49,309 nucleotides of DNA from the NCBI GenBank assembly GCA_046542505.1, contig JBKHBH010000007.1, positions 1 through 49,309 of the forward strand, in the 5' to 3' direction. This DNA is from Thermovirgaceae bacterium (lineage in GTDB: Bacteria; Synergistota; Synergistia; Synergistales; Thermovirgaceae). The position numbers and the translations under genes were made by a program. Under the pieces are notes generated by a model. That model made no database searches, was not told the origin of the DNA, and was given only the letters and a program-made list of their open reading frames with translations. Every line of letters starts with the position of its first letter. Position 1 is the first letter of the stretch. This document shows, in pieces, positions 37,626 to 46,190 of this stretch.

Positions 37626-38140
37626 GGCACTCACTCCCTTCCTGAACGGAGCGTTTTGATATTTTTCTTTCACACAGCGGCGCAACCATTGCGCCGTTTT
37701 GCCAAAAAGGTTTTGTCCTCCGTGATCCCTACGGGTTTCCCCGTGCTGACGGCAACATGTTCTCCGTTACATGGTGAAAGGGAAAGTCCCGGACAGGCCA
37801 CCCTTCAACAATCACAACCAGAGTGTCGGCCTTTTCGCCCGAAGGAAGGCAATCTGTAAAGTCGGTTTCAGAAAAATGGTCGGTTTCTTTCCCTGTTTCC
37901 GGTCTGATCTCAAATCACCGTCTTAAAGTTTGGTGCACATTTGAAAATAATGTTTCCAGTCTTAACCTTTCTTTTCCTTCACGTCGTTCAGAACGGGGTC
38001 TTTTTTGCAACGTCCAGGGAAACAGTTTCTCTTTACGTTGCTTCTGCGTATGTTTATCGATAACTGCTCGGGTACACCCGCCTTCAACAAAGGCCCCACG
38101 ATATCCGTGCGTGCCGGGAGAAACCCTGAAGCATCCCGTT

Positions 38141-38611
38141 TTAGTCGTACTTGTCGAGAATCGACTGTACCTTGTCCGGAGTCAGCCTTCCATGGGTCTC
38201 GTCATCGACCATCATGACGGGGGCCAACCCACAGGCTCCGAGACAGGCGACGGGTTCCAGTGTAAAGCGCAGGTCCTCGGTCGTGTCGTTTTCCTCGACA
38301 TCGAGGATTTGCTTCACCTTGTCCATGATCTTGAGACTCCCTCGTACATGGCAGGCCGTTCCCCTGCAAACCCTTATGATGTGCCGACCCCGGGGTTTCA
38401 GATGAAACTGCGCATAAAACGTCGCCACGCCGTAGATATCCGCCTTGGGGATCTTGAGCTCCGTGGAAATTGTGAGCAAGGCTTCCTCCGGCAGATACCC
38501 GAACTCATGCTGCACGTCCTGAAGGATCGGAATGAGGCCGCCTTTCTTTCCTTTCCAGGGCGCTACAAGCTCCTTCGTCTTTTCCGCGACTCCCGCTGTT
38601 AGAAGTGCCAC
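38141..38611 (-). CDS. hydC: HydC/NuoE-like [2Fe-2S] subunit
   Basis: GYLP, GVATFY, VCRGTACHVRG, ACLGACGLAP; start chosen at GTG 38611 (uncertain). Confidence 0.9.
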   Translation of the reverse strand: MALLTAGVAEKTKELVAPWKGKKGGLIPILQDVQHEFGYLPEEALLTISTELKIPKADIYGVATFYAQFHLKPRGRHIIRVCRGTACHVRGSLKIMDKVKQILDVEENDTTEDLRFTLEPVACLGACGLAPVMMVDDETHGRLTPDKVQSILDKYD

Positions 38612-38911
38612 TACCACCACCACCTGGATTGGAGATTTTGTGAACTCTCTGTCCCTGCAAAGCTTGTGAACGATACCGCTTTCTCTAACCACAAGAAACA
38701 AAAACTTTGTAAAAATGAATTCTCTCAAAAAAAAAGACATCTATCAACTCTTGGGACCAGACCTTGCCCCCAGGGCCAAAAATCCACCTGCGCACACTCC
38801 GGTTTTTCACAACGCGCTCTTCTTTAAATCGCCGCCGCCAAGTGAAAACTCGCCTCTTTATTTAGGGGCTCCGCCGCAGGAAAGATGCATGCATGATACC
38901 ATTACAAGACA

Positions 38912-38943
38912 AAAAATGCAGGCTGCCCAAAAAGCAGCCTGCA
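38912..38943 (-). terminator. terminator downstream of hsp20
   Basis: Minus strand TGCAGGCTGC-loop-GCAGCCTGCA-TTTTTT. Confidence 0.7.
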
Positions 38944-39007
38944 ACGACTTTGTAAAAAGTTGGCTGAATTTCGCTTTTGCCTGCGGAGTTTGCTCTCCAG
39001 CTTCTTC

Positions 39008-39445
39008 TTAGTCTTGCTCGATGGAAAGCACTCTGCCCTGGACTGTTTCGCTCTTCGGCAGCCTCACAATTACGACACCGTTCTTGAAAGAGGCCTTTGC
39101 CTTGTTGGGGTCAACCTCTACGGGCAGGTTGACACAATAGTTGACGTTACGCGACTGTTTCCTCACGTAGTAGGTTTTCCCCTCGTCCTTATTCTCTTCC
39201 GTCTCTTCTTCCTTCGACTGGAAGGTCACCCTGTCCGGGAAGGTTTTGATCTCCATCTTCGAGGGCTCGATGCCCGGAGCATCGACCTGTACGACGATTT
39301 CATCATTCTCCTCATACATCTCTACCGGAGCAAAACGTCGGGCCATGGGCCGGAGAGCATCTGTGAAGCCCCTGAACATCTCGTCCATGTCGTCGAAGAT
39401 GGTCCTCGGCGCATTGCCGAAAGGCATAAGAGTACGTCCATTCAT
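39008..39445 (-). CDS. small heat-shock protein (Hsp20/alpha-crystallin)
   Basis: PVEMYE, DAPGI, LPVEVD..A.FKNGVVIVRLPK; AGGAGG RBS before ATG 39445. Confidence 0.9.
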   Translation of the reverse strand: MNGRTLMPFGNAPRTIFDDMDEMFRGFTDALRPMARRFAPVEMYEENDEIVVQVDAPGIEPSKMEIKTFPDRVTFQSKEEETEENKDEGKTYYVRKQSRNVNYCVNLPVEVDPNKAKASFKNGVVIVRLPKSETVQGRVLSIEQD

Positions 39446-39484
39446 GATCTCCCGCCTCCTTTTTTGAAGCAAATTTTTGTCTAC

Positions 39485-39544
39485 GGTCAAAGTATAAAAA
39501 GAAAGGTTAGCGTTGGTCAAATTGCTTAGTCAGGAATAGTCAGC
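39485..39544 (-). promoter_or_regulatory. hsp20 promoter overlapped by CtsR-like heptads
   Basis: Minus TTGACC-N18-TATACT; plus-strand heptads GGTCAAA (39485), GGTTAGC-GTT-GGTCAAA (39505-39521), AGTCAGG-AAT-AGTCAGC (39528-39544). Confidence 0.55.
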
Positions 39545-39751
39545 CTTTTGGCTGTTTTTCGTGTGTTTTTTCGTTTTTATTTTTCCTTTCGCCTATTTTC
39601 CTCACGTATATTGGCGTGTCATCCCATTTTCTGCCTTTTCCGGGATCGTTCTTTACAGACACTTTTTGGCGGGAAAACATAACTCGACATAAGGCTGTAT
39701 GATTATGTGGTGAGACCAATAAAAAACCTTTTCAGACAGGAGGTGTCTCCC

Positions 39752-40153
39752 CTGAGTGACGGAAAGAAAGGCAACCAGGAATTTGGAGGATCTATCAAAA
39801 ACCTCACGTCCCTGGAAATTCCCTCCCTGCCCGGAGTTGAAAAAAGGATCGTCTTCGGGCCCGGGAGGTTCTGGGAAGACTATGTGGTCAGACATTTCAC
39901 CGTTGAGCCGGAAGCTTCAACACCTTTCCACAATCATGACTGGCCCCATTACATCATTGTCCTGGAAGGTACCGCCGAAGCCCTGATCATGGGTGAAACG
40001 CTCCGGCTTGAGGCCGGCTCGTGGGCCTATGTCCCCCCGGACAGCGACCACGGATTCCGGAACATTGGCGAGGGGCCTCTTTCGTTCCTCTGCATCGTTC
40101 CCCGGCGGGGTGATCCCGATGCGGACAGACAAGGGTTCCTGGAACGATCCTGA
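39752..40153 (+). CDS. cupin domain protein
   Basis: PFHNHDWPH...VPPDSDHGFRN; AGGAGGTG RBS points to CTG 39752 (GTG 39707 alternative). Confidence 0.85.
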   Translation: MSDGKKGNQEFGGSIKNLTSLEIPSLPGVEKRIVFGPGRFWEDYVVRHFTVEPEASTPFHNHDWPHYIIVLEGTAEALIMGETLRLEAGSWAYVPPDSDHGFRNIGEGPLSFLCIVPRRGDPDADRQGFLERS

Positions 40154-40174
40154 AAAACAGGAGGAGGAAACCTC

Positions 40175-40648
40175 ATGTCGCGCATCAGGAAATGTACGGG
40201 CGCCCTTTCCCGGGTGATCGCAGCCAGGCTTGCTCCGGGATGTGACCTTGTAGAAAGCATTGAAACGATTGCGAAAGAGGAGAACATCACCAACGGGATC
40301 ATACTCTCGGGCGCAGCAAGCCTCAGAAAGGCCGTTCTGCGGAACGTCGGAAGCTTTCCTGAAAAGTTTCCCATCACAGATGATGTCAGGATCTTCCTCA
40401 CACGCACGGACCCCATGGAACTTCTGGCGCTTTCTGGAAATATTTCGACCCGCGACGGCCAATTTCATCTTCATTGCCACGTCGTCGTCTCATCCGGCGA
40501 GGAAGACGGCAGGGCCTACGGCGGCCACCTGATGAAAGGCACAGAGATCTTTTCCACTGGCGAGGTGGTCATCGCTGAGATCACCGGATGCGAGATGATC
40601 CGTCTCGAGGACCAGGAAACAAAAGCAGCGGAATTGCACTTTCGCTAA
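40175..40648 (+). CDS. PPC-domain / DUF296 putative DNA-binding protein
   Basis: RLAPGCDL, ELLALSGNI, HLHCH, YGGHL, TGEVVI. Confidence 0.88.
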   Translation: MSRIRKCTGALSRVIAARLAPGCDLVESIETIAKEENITNGIILSGAASLRKAVLRNVGSFPEKFPITDDVRIFLTRTDPMELLALSGNISTRDGQFHLHCHVVVSSGEEDGRAYGGHLMKGTEIFSTGEVVIAEITGCEMIRLEDQETKAAELHFR

Positions 40649-40685
40649 GACAAACTCCTGAAAGGTCATCAAGGGAGGCTGGTCG

Positions 40686-41420
40686 ATGAAAGGGCACCGT
40701 GCAGCATTTCCTTTGTTTTTCGTTACAGCAGTTGTCATACTGTCAGTTTACTCCGTGGCTGCGGCCTCTCTTTCATCGCCTCCCCGGCCGGTCATGCACG
40801 GCCCTGATTCCATACGGGCCGTGGCACTCACTTTCGATGACGGGCCACATCGTTGGCACACGCCTGAACTGCTCGATATCCTGCGGAAATGGGACGTCAA
40901 GGCAAGCTTTTTCGTCGTCGGACAATGTGTTGCGGAAAACCCGCGGCTTCTGCAGAAGATTCACGAAGAGGGGCACTGCATCGCGAATCATTCCTGGTCC
41001 CATCCGGACCTGACTCGCTTCTCCAAAAAAACTCTTGTGGATGAAATCCGCTTCTGCAATCAGGTTGTTGAAGCCTTGACCGGCGGGCGGCCAAAATTCT
41101 TCCGTCCACCCGGCGGCCGCTGGAATGACGAGGTCCTCAGCGTCGCATCCGAAGAGAACCTTCTCTCCGTCCTGTGGACAGTGAACGCCTACGATGTCCC
41201 TCCGAAACCACCGGAGGAACTGGCGGAACTGATCCTGCGCAGGACACGCCCGGGAGCTATCGTGCTTCTTCACGACGGCGGGGGGGCCACCGCTGAGGCC
41301 CTCCCGATCATCATTGAAAGACTGCTGTCGGAAGATTATCTGTTCGTAACCCTGGATCAGATGTTCCCGACACGGATACCCCCTATACCCCTCTCCATCG
41401 AGAGGGACGACGACCGTTAG
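40686..41420 (+). CDS. polysaccharide deacetylase (CE4/NodB family), exported
   Basis: Signal peptide; ALTFDDGP, NHSWSH, FRPPGG, IVLLHD. Confidence 0.92.
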   Translation: MKGHRAAFPLFFVTAVVILSVYSVAAASLSSPPRPVMHGPDSIRAVALTFDDGPHRWHTPELLDILRKWDVKASFFVVGQCVAENPRLLQKIHEEGHCIANHSWSHPDLTRFSKKTLVDEIRFCNQVVEALTGGRPKFFRPPGGRWNDEVLSVASEENLLSVLWTVNAYDVPPKPPEELAELILRRTRPGAIVLLHDGGGATAEALPIIIERLLSEDYLFVTLDQMFPTRIPPIPLSIERDDDR

Positions 41421-41438
41421 GGAAAGGAACCACCCTGC

Positions 41439-41735
41439 TCAGGCTTTCCGAAGCTTGAAGAAATACTTCGCCAACCCCGAAGCCTCCCCGATGACAAGAG
41501 CGGCCCTTCTGATTCTCACCGAACGGAGAGCCTCGACCAGCTCTTCCGGGGACACGCCTTCAGGAGCGTAGTACGTGGCGAGGTATGTAAAAAGAGCCAA
41601 CACACCAATCGTCAGACCCACAGAAAAGGGCGCGGCGAGTTTTGTGCGTCCGTGCAGGCGGGTCACTATAAAATTCGCTACGATAAAACCAACGACAAAC
41701 ATGACCAGGGACATCACCAGATCCAAGGACATCAC
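41439..41735 (-). CDS. small hypothetical membrane protein
   Basis: 98-aa ORF with 2-3 hydrophobic segments; start position uncertain. Confidence 0.6.
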   Translation of the reverse strand: MMSLDLVMSLVMFVVGFIVANFIVTRLHGRTKLAAPFSVGLTIGVLALFTYLATYYAPEGVSPEELVEALRSVRIRRAALVIGEASGLAKYFFKLRKA

Positions 41736-41842
41736 CTCTTTTCCCGCCCAGTCTACTCAAAGGAATGCACCCGGGCAACACGCTTTCACGCGGACGACAT
41801 AAAACTGTGATAGAGTTTTCCCGCAGGAAGGAGGCGGTTCAA

Positions 41843-42757
41843 ACGGTCAAGGTCGGACTGGCTCTCGGTGGTGGTGGCGCCCGAGGGCTCGCTCATCTCG
41901 GGGTACTGAACACCCTTGAGGAAAACAGCATACCTGTCGACATGGTCGCCGGGACGTCAATGGGTGCCATCATTGGTGCCATGTACGCACAGAATCCCGA
42001 TGCCCGGGCCGTAATCGACCGTTTCAGGTCCTACCTCGGGAAATCCGACTATGAAGTCCTGGGGTTGGAGGACATTGTGCCCACCGAGGAAGAATCAATG
42101 CCCATGCTTCAAAGATTTGCCCGAACCATCGCAAAAAGAATCCATATCAGTTCCATAGGATCCCGATCGTCACTTCTGAAGCCCGACGTTCTTGACAACG
42201 CCATCTGCCATCTCATAGACGACGGCCATATAGAGGACGCGGCGATTCCCTTCGGTGCGGTGGTCACAGATCTCAATTCCGGCGAGGCACTCCTCCTTCA
42301 AAAGGGCGACATCAGGCGTGCCGTCCGCTGGAGTGCCCTCATCCCCGCCTTTCTCCCGCCTGAAACGAACGAGGGCCGTCTCATTGCCGACGGAGCGGTC
42401 ACAACACCCGTTCCAGTGGACCTCACACGGGCCATGGGAGCCGATGTGGTTATCGCCGTTTCGGTAAACCCGACGGTCATGACATCCCTTGAGGATCAAA
42501 GCATCATCAGTATCATGCAACGGTGCGATCTCATACGCGGCGTCCATATGTCCCGCCTGCAACTCGAAAGGGCTGATGTCGTCATTCATCCGGATACGGC
42601 CGACAGCCACTGGAGCCTGTTTCTCGAATGCGACCGGTTCATCGATGCCGGCGGCCGTGAAGCCAATGCCCGGGTGCCCGAAATCCACAGGCTTTTGAAA
42701 AAGCGCACCAGCTGGCTTTCAAGTGTCATTGACCTGGTGCGTCGAGGAGGAAAATGA
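41843..42757 (+). CDS. patatin-like phospholipase family protein
   Basis: LALGGGGARG, GTSMG nucleophile, DGA motif; strong RBS points to ACG 41843 (GTG 41807 alternative). Confidence 0.88.
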   Translation, partial: TVKVGLALGGGGARGLAHLGVLNTLEENSIPVDMVAGTSMGAIIGAMYAQNPDARAVIDRFRSYLGKSDYEVLGLEDIVPTEEESMPMLQRFARTIAKRIHISSIGSRSSLLKPDVLDNAICHLIDDGHIEDAAIPFGAVVTDLNSGEALLLQKGDIRRAVRWSALIPAFLPPETNEGRLIADGAVTTPVPVDLTRAMGADVVIAVSVNPTVMTSLEDQSIISIMQRCDLIRGVHMSRLQLERADVVIHPDTADSHWSLFLECDRFIDAGGREANARVPEIHRLLKKRTSWLSSVIDLVRRGGK

Positions 42758-42758
42758 C

Positions 42759-44312
42759 ATGGATCTTTCCCGTTCTTCAGGCATCCTGCTCCCCCTGTTT
42801 TCTTTGCCCGGTCCCTGGTTTACAGGTGATCTCGGGGAAGGAGCCAATGCCTTCATCGACTTTCTCAAGAGATCTGGCCAGAGCTGGTGGCAGGTTCTTC
42901 CCGCCGGCCCCACCGACTTCACCACGGGTAACTCCCCCTACAGCAGCCCATCGGCTTTCGCCGGCAATCCGCTGTTTGTCAGTCCTGAAGACCTGGTGAC
43001 AAGGGGATATCTGGCAAAAGAGGAGATTTCCCTTGAGCATACCGAAGACATGAGGACCCGACACAGCCGATACTGCGATTACCTCAGTAGCCGCAAGGCA
43101 AAAGGGAAACTTTTCCGAAAGGCCTGGGAAAACTTCCCGCCCTCCGGGATTGAAGAGGAGGCTTTTCAGACGTTTTGCCGGGATCATGCCGCCTGGCTCG
43201 AAGATTACGCCCTTTTCAAAACCATCAAGGACAATCTGGGCGGGAAACCTTGGTATGAATGGCCCGAAGATCTTCGCGACAGGCACACTGAAAGCCTGGA
43301 TGCCGTGCGAAAGGAACACCGCAAGGAACTCACCTATCGAAAATTTCTCCAGTTCCTCTTTTTCAGCCAGTGGAAATCCTTGAAAAAGCGCTGCGCCGAA
43401 AGCGGCATCGGGCTTATCGGGGACATGCCAATTTACGTGTCCCACGATTCCGCTGACGTATGGGCCGAAAGGTCCCTTTTTTGCCTCGACTCCCTCGGCA
43501 TCCCGACGGATTCTGCGGGAGTGCCGCCGGATTATTTCAGCGAAACGGGGCAGCTTTGGGGCAACCCGCTCTATCGCTGGGAAGTCCACCAAAACAGGGG
43601 ATACGACTGGTGGCTGAAACGACTCGGACACAATCTTTCCCTCTTCGATTTCGTCCGGGTCGATCATTTCAGGGGGTTCATCGATTTCTGGGCAGTCCCG
43701 ACCGGAGAAAAGACGGCGGAACGCGGCCGGTGGGAACGCGGCCCGGGGAAGGATTTCTTCGGCGTTCTTAAAACCTGTTTTCCCGAACTCCCCCTCCTCG
43801 CCGAGAACCTCGGGACCATCACTCCCGAAGTGACTGAGGTCATGCGGGAATTCGCGCTTCCCGGAATGCTCGTTCTCCTTTTCGCCTTTGGGGAAGGGTT
43901 CGGAGAAAATCCCTACGCCCCGCATAACCATACCCGCGAAGATTTCGTCTATACCGGCACTCACGACAACAACACCGTCAGGGGATGGTTCGAGGAGGAA
44001 CTCGATCCCGCGGGAAAAGAGCTGCTTGCGCGCTATCTCGGCCACAGTCCGGTGAAAGAAAGCGTCCACCGTGACCTTGTCAGGATGGCCCTTCAATCCG
44101 TGGCGAGAGTTTCCATCGTCCCCCTGCAGGACTTTCTGGGCCTTGACGCCCGGGCGCGCCTGAACACACCGTCCACCACGGCCGGGAACTGGCTCTGGAG
44201 GGCCCTTTTCGAAGACCTGTCGGACCATCTTGAGCGAGAAATTCTGTCTCTGACTGCCTTGACGGGACGGATGAGACGGGACTTGCGGGATCACCCCGAC
44301 GTTGTGAGATAA
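42759..44312 (+). CDS. malQ: 4-alpha-glucanotransferase (amylomaltase, GH77)
   Basis: SPYSSPSAFAGN, GDMPIYV, GVPPDYFSETGQLWGNP, RVDHFRG, TGTHDN. Confidence 0.95.
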   Translation: MDLSRSSGILLPLFSLPGPWFTGDLGEGANAFIDFLKRSGQSWWQVLPAGPTDFTTGNSPYSSPSAFAGNPLFVSPEDLVTRGYLAKEEISLEHTEDMRTRHSRYCDYLSSRKAKGKLFRKAWENFPPSGIEEEAFQTFCRDHAAWLEDYALFKTIKDNLGGKPWYEWPEDLRDRHTESLDAVRKEHRKELTYRKFLQFLFFSQWKSLKKRCAESGIGLIGDMPIYVSHDSADVWAERSLFCLDSLGIPTDSAGVPPDYFSETGQLWGNPLYRWEVHQNRGYDWWLKRLGHNLSLFDFVRVDHFRGFIDFWAVPTGEKTAERGRWERGPGKDFFGVLKTCFPELPLLAENLGTITPEVTEVMREFALPGMLVLLFAFGEGFGENPYAPHNHTREDFVYTGTHDNNTVRGWFEEELDPAGKELLARYLGHSPVKESVHRDLVRMALQSVARVSIVPLQDFLGLDARARLNTPSTTAGNWLWRALFEDLSDHLEREILSLTALTGRMRRDLRDHPDVVR

Positions 44313-44358
44313 TCGGACCCGTGAAAAAACCCGAAAGAGAGAAAGGGAGATCTGCAAC

Positions 44359-46089
44359 ATGGCGAACATGATTTACGGCAAAGACATAGCCCATTCCCTG
44401 CGCTACATGATGGAACAGGATCCGGCCTTCCGGATGGTTGCCTATTTTTCCATGGAGATCGGCATCAGACAGACTATACCGACCTATGCCGGCGGTCTTG
44501 GCGTTCTGGCCGGAGACATCCTCAAGAGTGCCGCCGACCTGGGTGTTCCCATGGCCGGTGTGACATTGCTCTACCGGAAGGGCTACTTCCGGCAGACATT
44601 TTCGGAATGCCGACAGAAAGAAGAACCCGTGGAATGGAACCCCGCCGACGAGCTTGAACTCCTTCCGAACGAGGTAACCGTCATGATAGAGGGGCGGGAG
44701 GTCACGGTAAGGGCCTGGACAATCGAAATCGAAGGAAAGGACGACTTTGTCGTGCCCGTTTATTTCCTCGACACCGACGTGGAGACCAACACCCCCCAGG
44801 ACAGGCAACTTTCCTGGTACCTCTACGGCGGCGATGCGCGATACCGGCTCTGCCAGGAGATCGTTCTCGGCTCTGGCGGTTTGCGCATGCTCAGGGACCT
44901 GGGGTATTCCAACATCGAAAGCTTCCATCTCAACGAAGGACACGCGGCCTTTCTGCTCCTCGAGCTGTTGAGGGAGCAGGGCTACGAAAGCTACGACCGC
45001 ATCCGCGAACATGGCGTCTTCACCACCCACACCCCCGTCTCGGCGGGCCATGACCATTTCAGCTGGGACCTCATCAACAGCACAATGAACCCTGCCATGG
45101 CCAAGCGGCTGCGACGGATGATTGCGGCGGAAAGCGTTTCCATGACGGACATTGCACTGAAATACAGCCACTACGTCAACGGCGTCTCAAAAAAACACAC
45201 CGAAGTCAGCCGCAAGATGTACGGCAGAGACGATGTGGATTGCATCACCAACGGTATTCATGTGGACACCTGGATCGGCCCGGAGATGGCCGACCTGTTC
45301 GACAGGAACATCAAGGGATGGCGCAACGCTCCGGAGCGGCTGGTGGGGACCATGAACATCCCCCCCGACGATATCTGGCAGGCCCACTGGAAGGCGAAGC
45401 GGCGCCTCCTGGACGAGGTCCGGGACCGGACGGGAAGGGACCTCGATCCGGAGAGACTGACCATAGGGTTCGCCCGCCGCGCGGCCCAGTACAAGAGAGC
45501 CGACCTGATTCTCAGCGACGTGAAGCGGCTTGTGGAAATCGGAGCAGGCAAGATACAGCTCGTATTTGCCGGAAAGGCTCACCCGCATGACGAAGGTGGG
45601 AAGGAAATGGTCTCCAGGCTTCTCTGTGAAGCCCAAAACATGGTTGGAACAGACCTTCCGATCATTTACCTCGAAGACTACGGAATGGATCTTGGAGCCC
45701 TGCTTGTCCAGGGTGTGGACCTCTGGCTGAACAACCCGGTTCGCCCAATGGAGGCTTCGGGGACCAGCGGCATGAAATGCGCCGCCAATGGCATTCCGAA
45801 TTTCTCGGTACTCGACGGATGGTGGATCGAAGGCTGGGTGGAAAATGTGACCGGATGGGCCATCGGGCCCGCATCCCACGAACAGGACCAGGCAGACTCT
45901 GCTGGTGATGCGAGAGCCCTCTACGAGAAGCTGGAAAACACTGTGATTCCCACGTATTACGGCAACCGGGATCACTGGAAGAACATGATGCAATACTCCA
46001 TCGCATTGAACGGAAGCTATTTCAATACCCACAGGGTCGTCCGGGAGTACTGCGAACGGGCCTGGGGAATCCGCTTCCGGGGGCTCTAG
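44359..46089 (+). CDS. glgP: alpha-glucan (glycogen) phosphorylase
   Basis: YFSMEIG, YAGGLG, HLNEGH, FARRAAQYKR, EASGTSGMK. Confidence 0.93.
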   Translation: MANMIYGKDIAHSLRYMMEQDPAFRMVAYFSMEIGIRQTIPTYAGGLGVLAGDILKSAADLGVPMAGVTLLYRKGYFRQTFSECRQKEEPVEWNPADELELLPNEVTVMIEGREVTVRAWTIEIEGKDDFVVPVYFLDTDVETNTPQDRQLSWYLYGGDARYRLCQEIVLGSGGLRMLRDLGYSNIESFHLNEGHAAFLLLELLREQGYESYDRIREHGVFTTHTPVSAGHDHFSWDLINSTMNPAMAKRLRRMIAAESVSMTDIALKYSHYVNGVSKKHTEVSRKMYGRDDVDCITNGIHVDTWIGPEMADLFDRNIKGWRNAPERLVGTMNIPPDDIWQAHWKAKRRLLDEVRDRTGRDLDPERLTIGFARRAAQYKRADLILSDVKRLVEIGAGKIQLVFAGKAHPHDEGGKEMVSRLLCEAQNMVGTDLPIIYLEDYGMDLGALLVQGVDLWLNNPVRPMEASGTSGMKCAANGIPNFSVLDGWWIEGWVENVTGWAIGPASHEQDQADSAGDARALYEKLENTVIPTYYGNRDHWKNMMQYSIALNGSYFNTHRVVREYCERAWGIRFRGL

Positions 46090-46190
46090 AAAGAGCATTC
46101 AGAAAAAGAGCCCCTCTGGCCTCCTCCGGCCAAAACATTTACAATGGTAAAGTAATGTCATGAAGTCTTTCCGGAGGAGGCCGAACCGAC

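Noticed and set aside
37775..37800. RNase P-like GGAAAGTCC
   Set aside because: Isolated short match without the remaining conserved RNase P regions
38636..38730. Rex operator upstream of hydC
   Set aside because: Only TTGTGAA half-sites; no matching TTCACAA arm at the correct spacing
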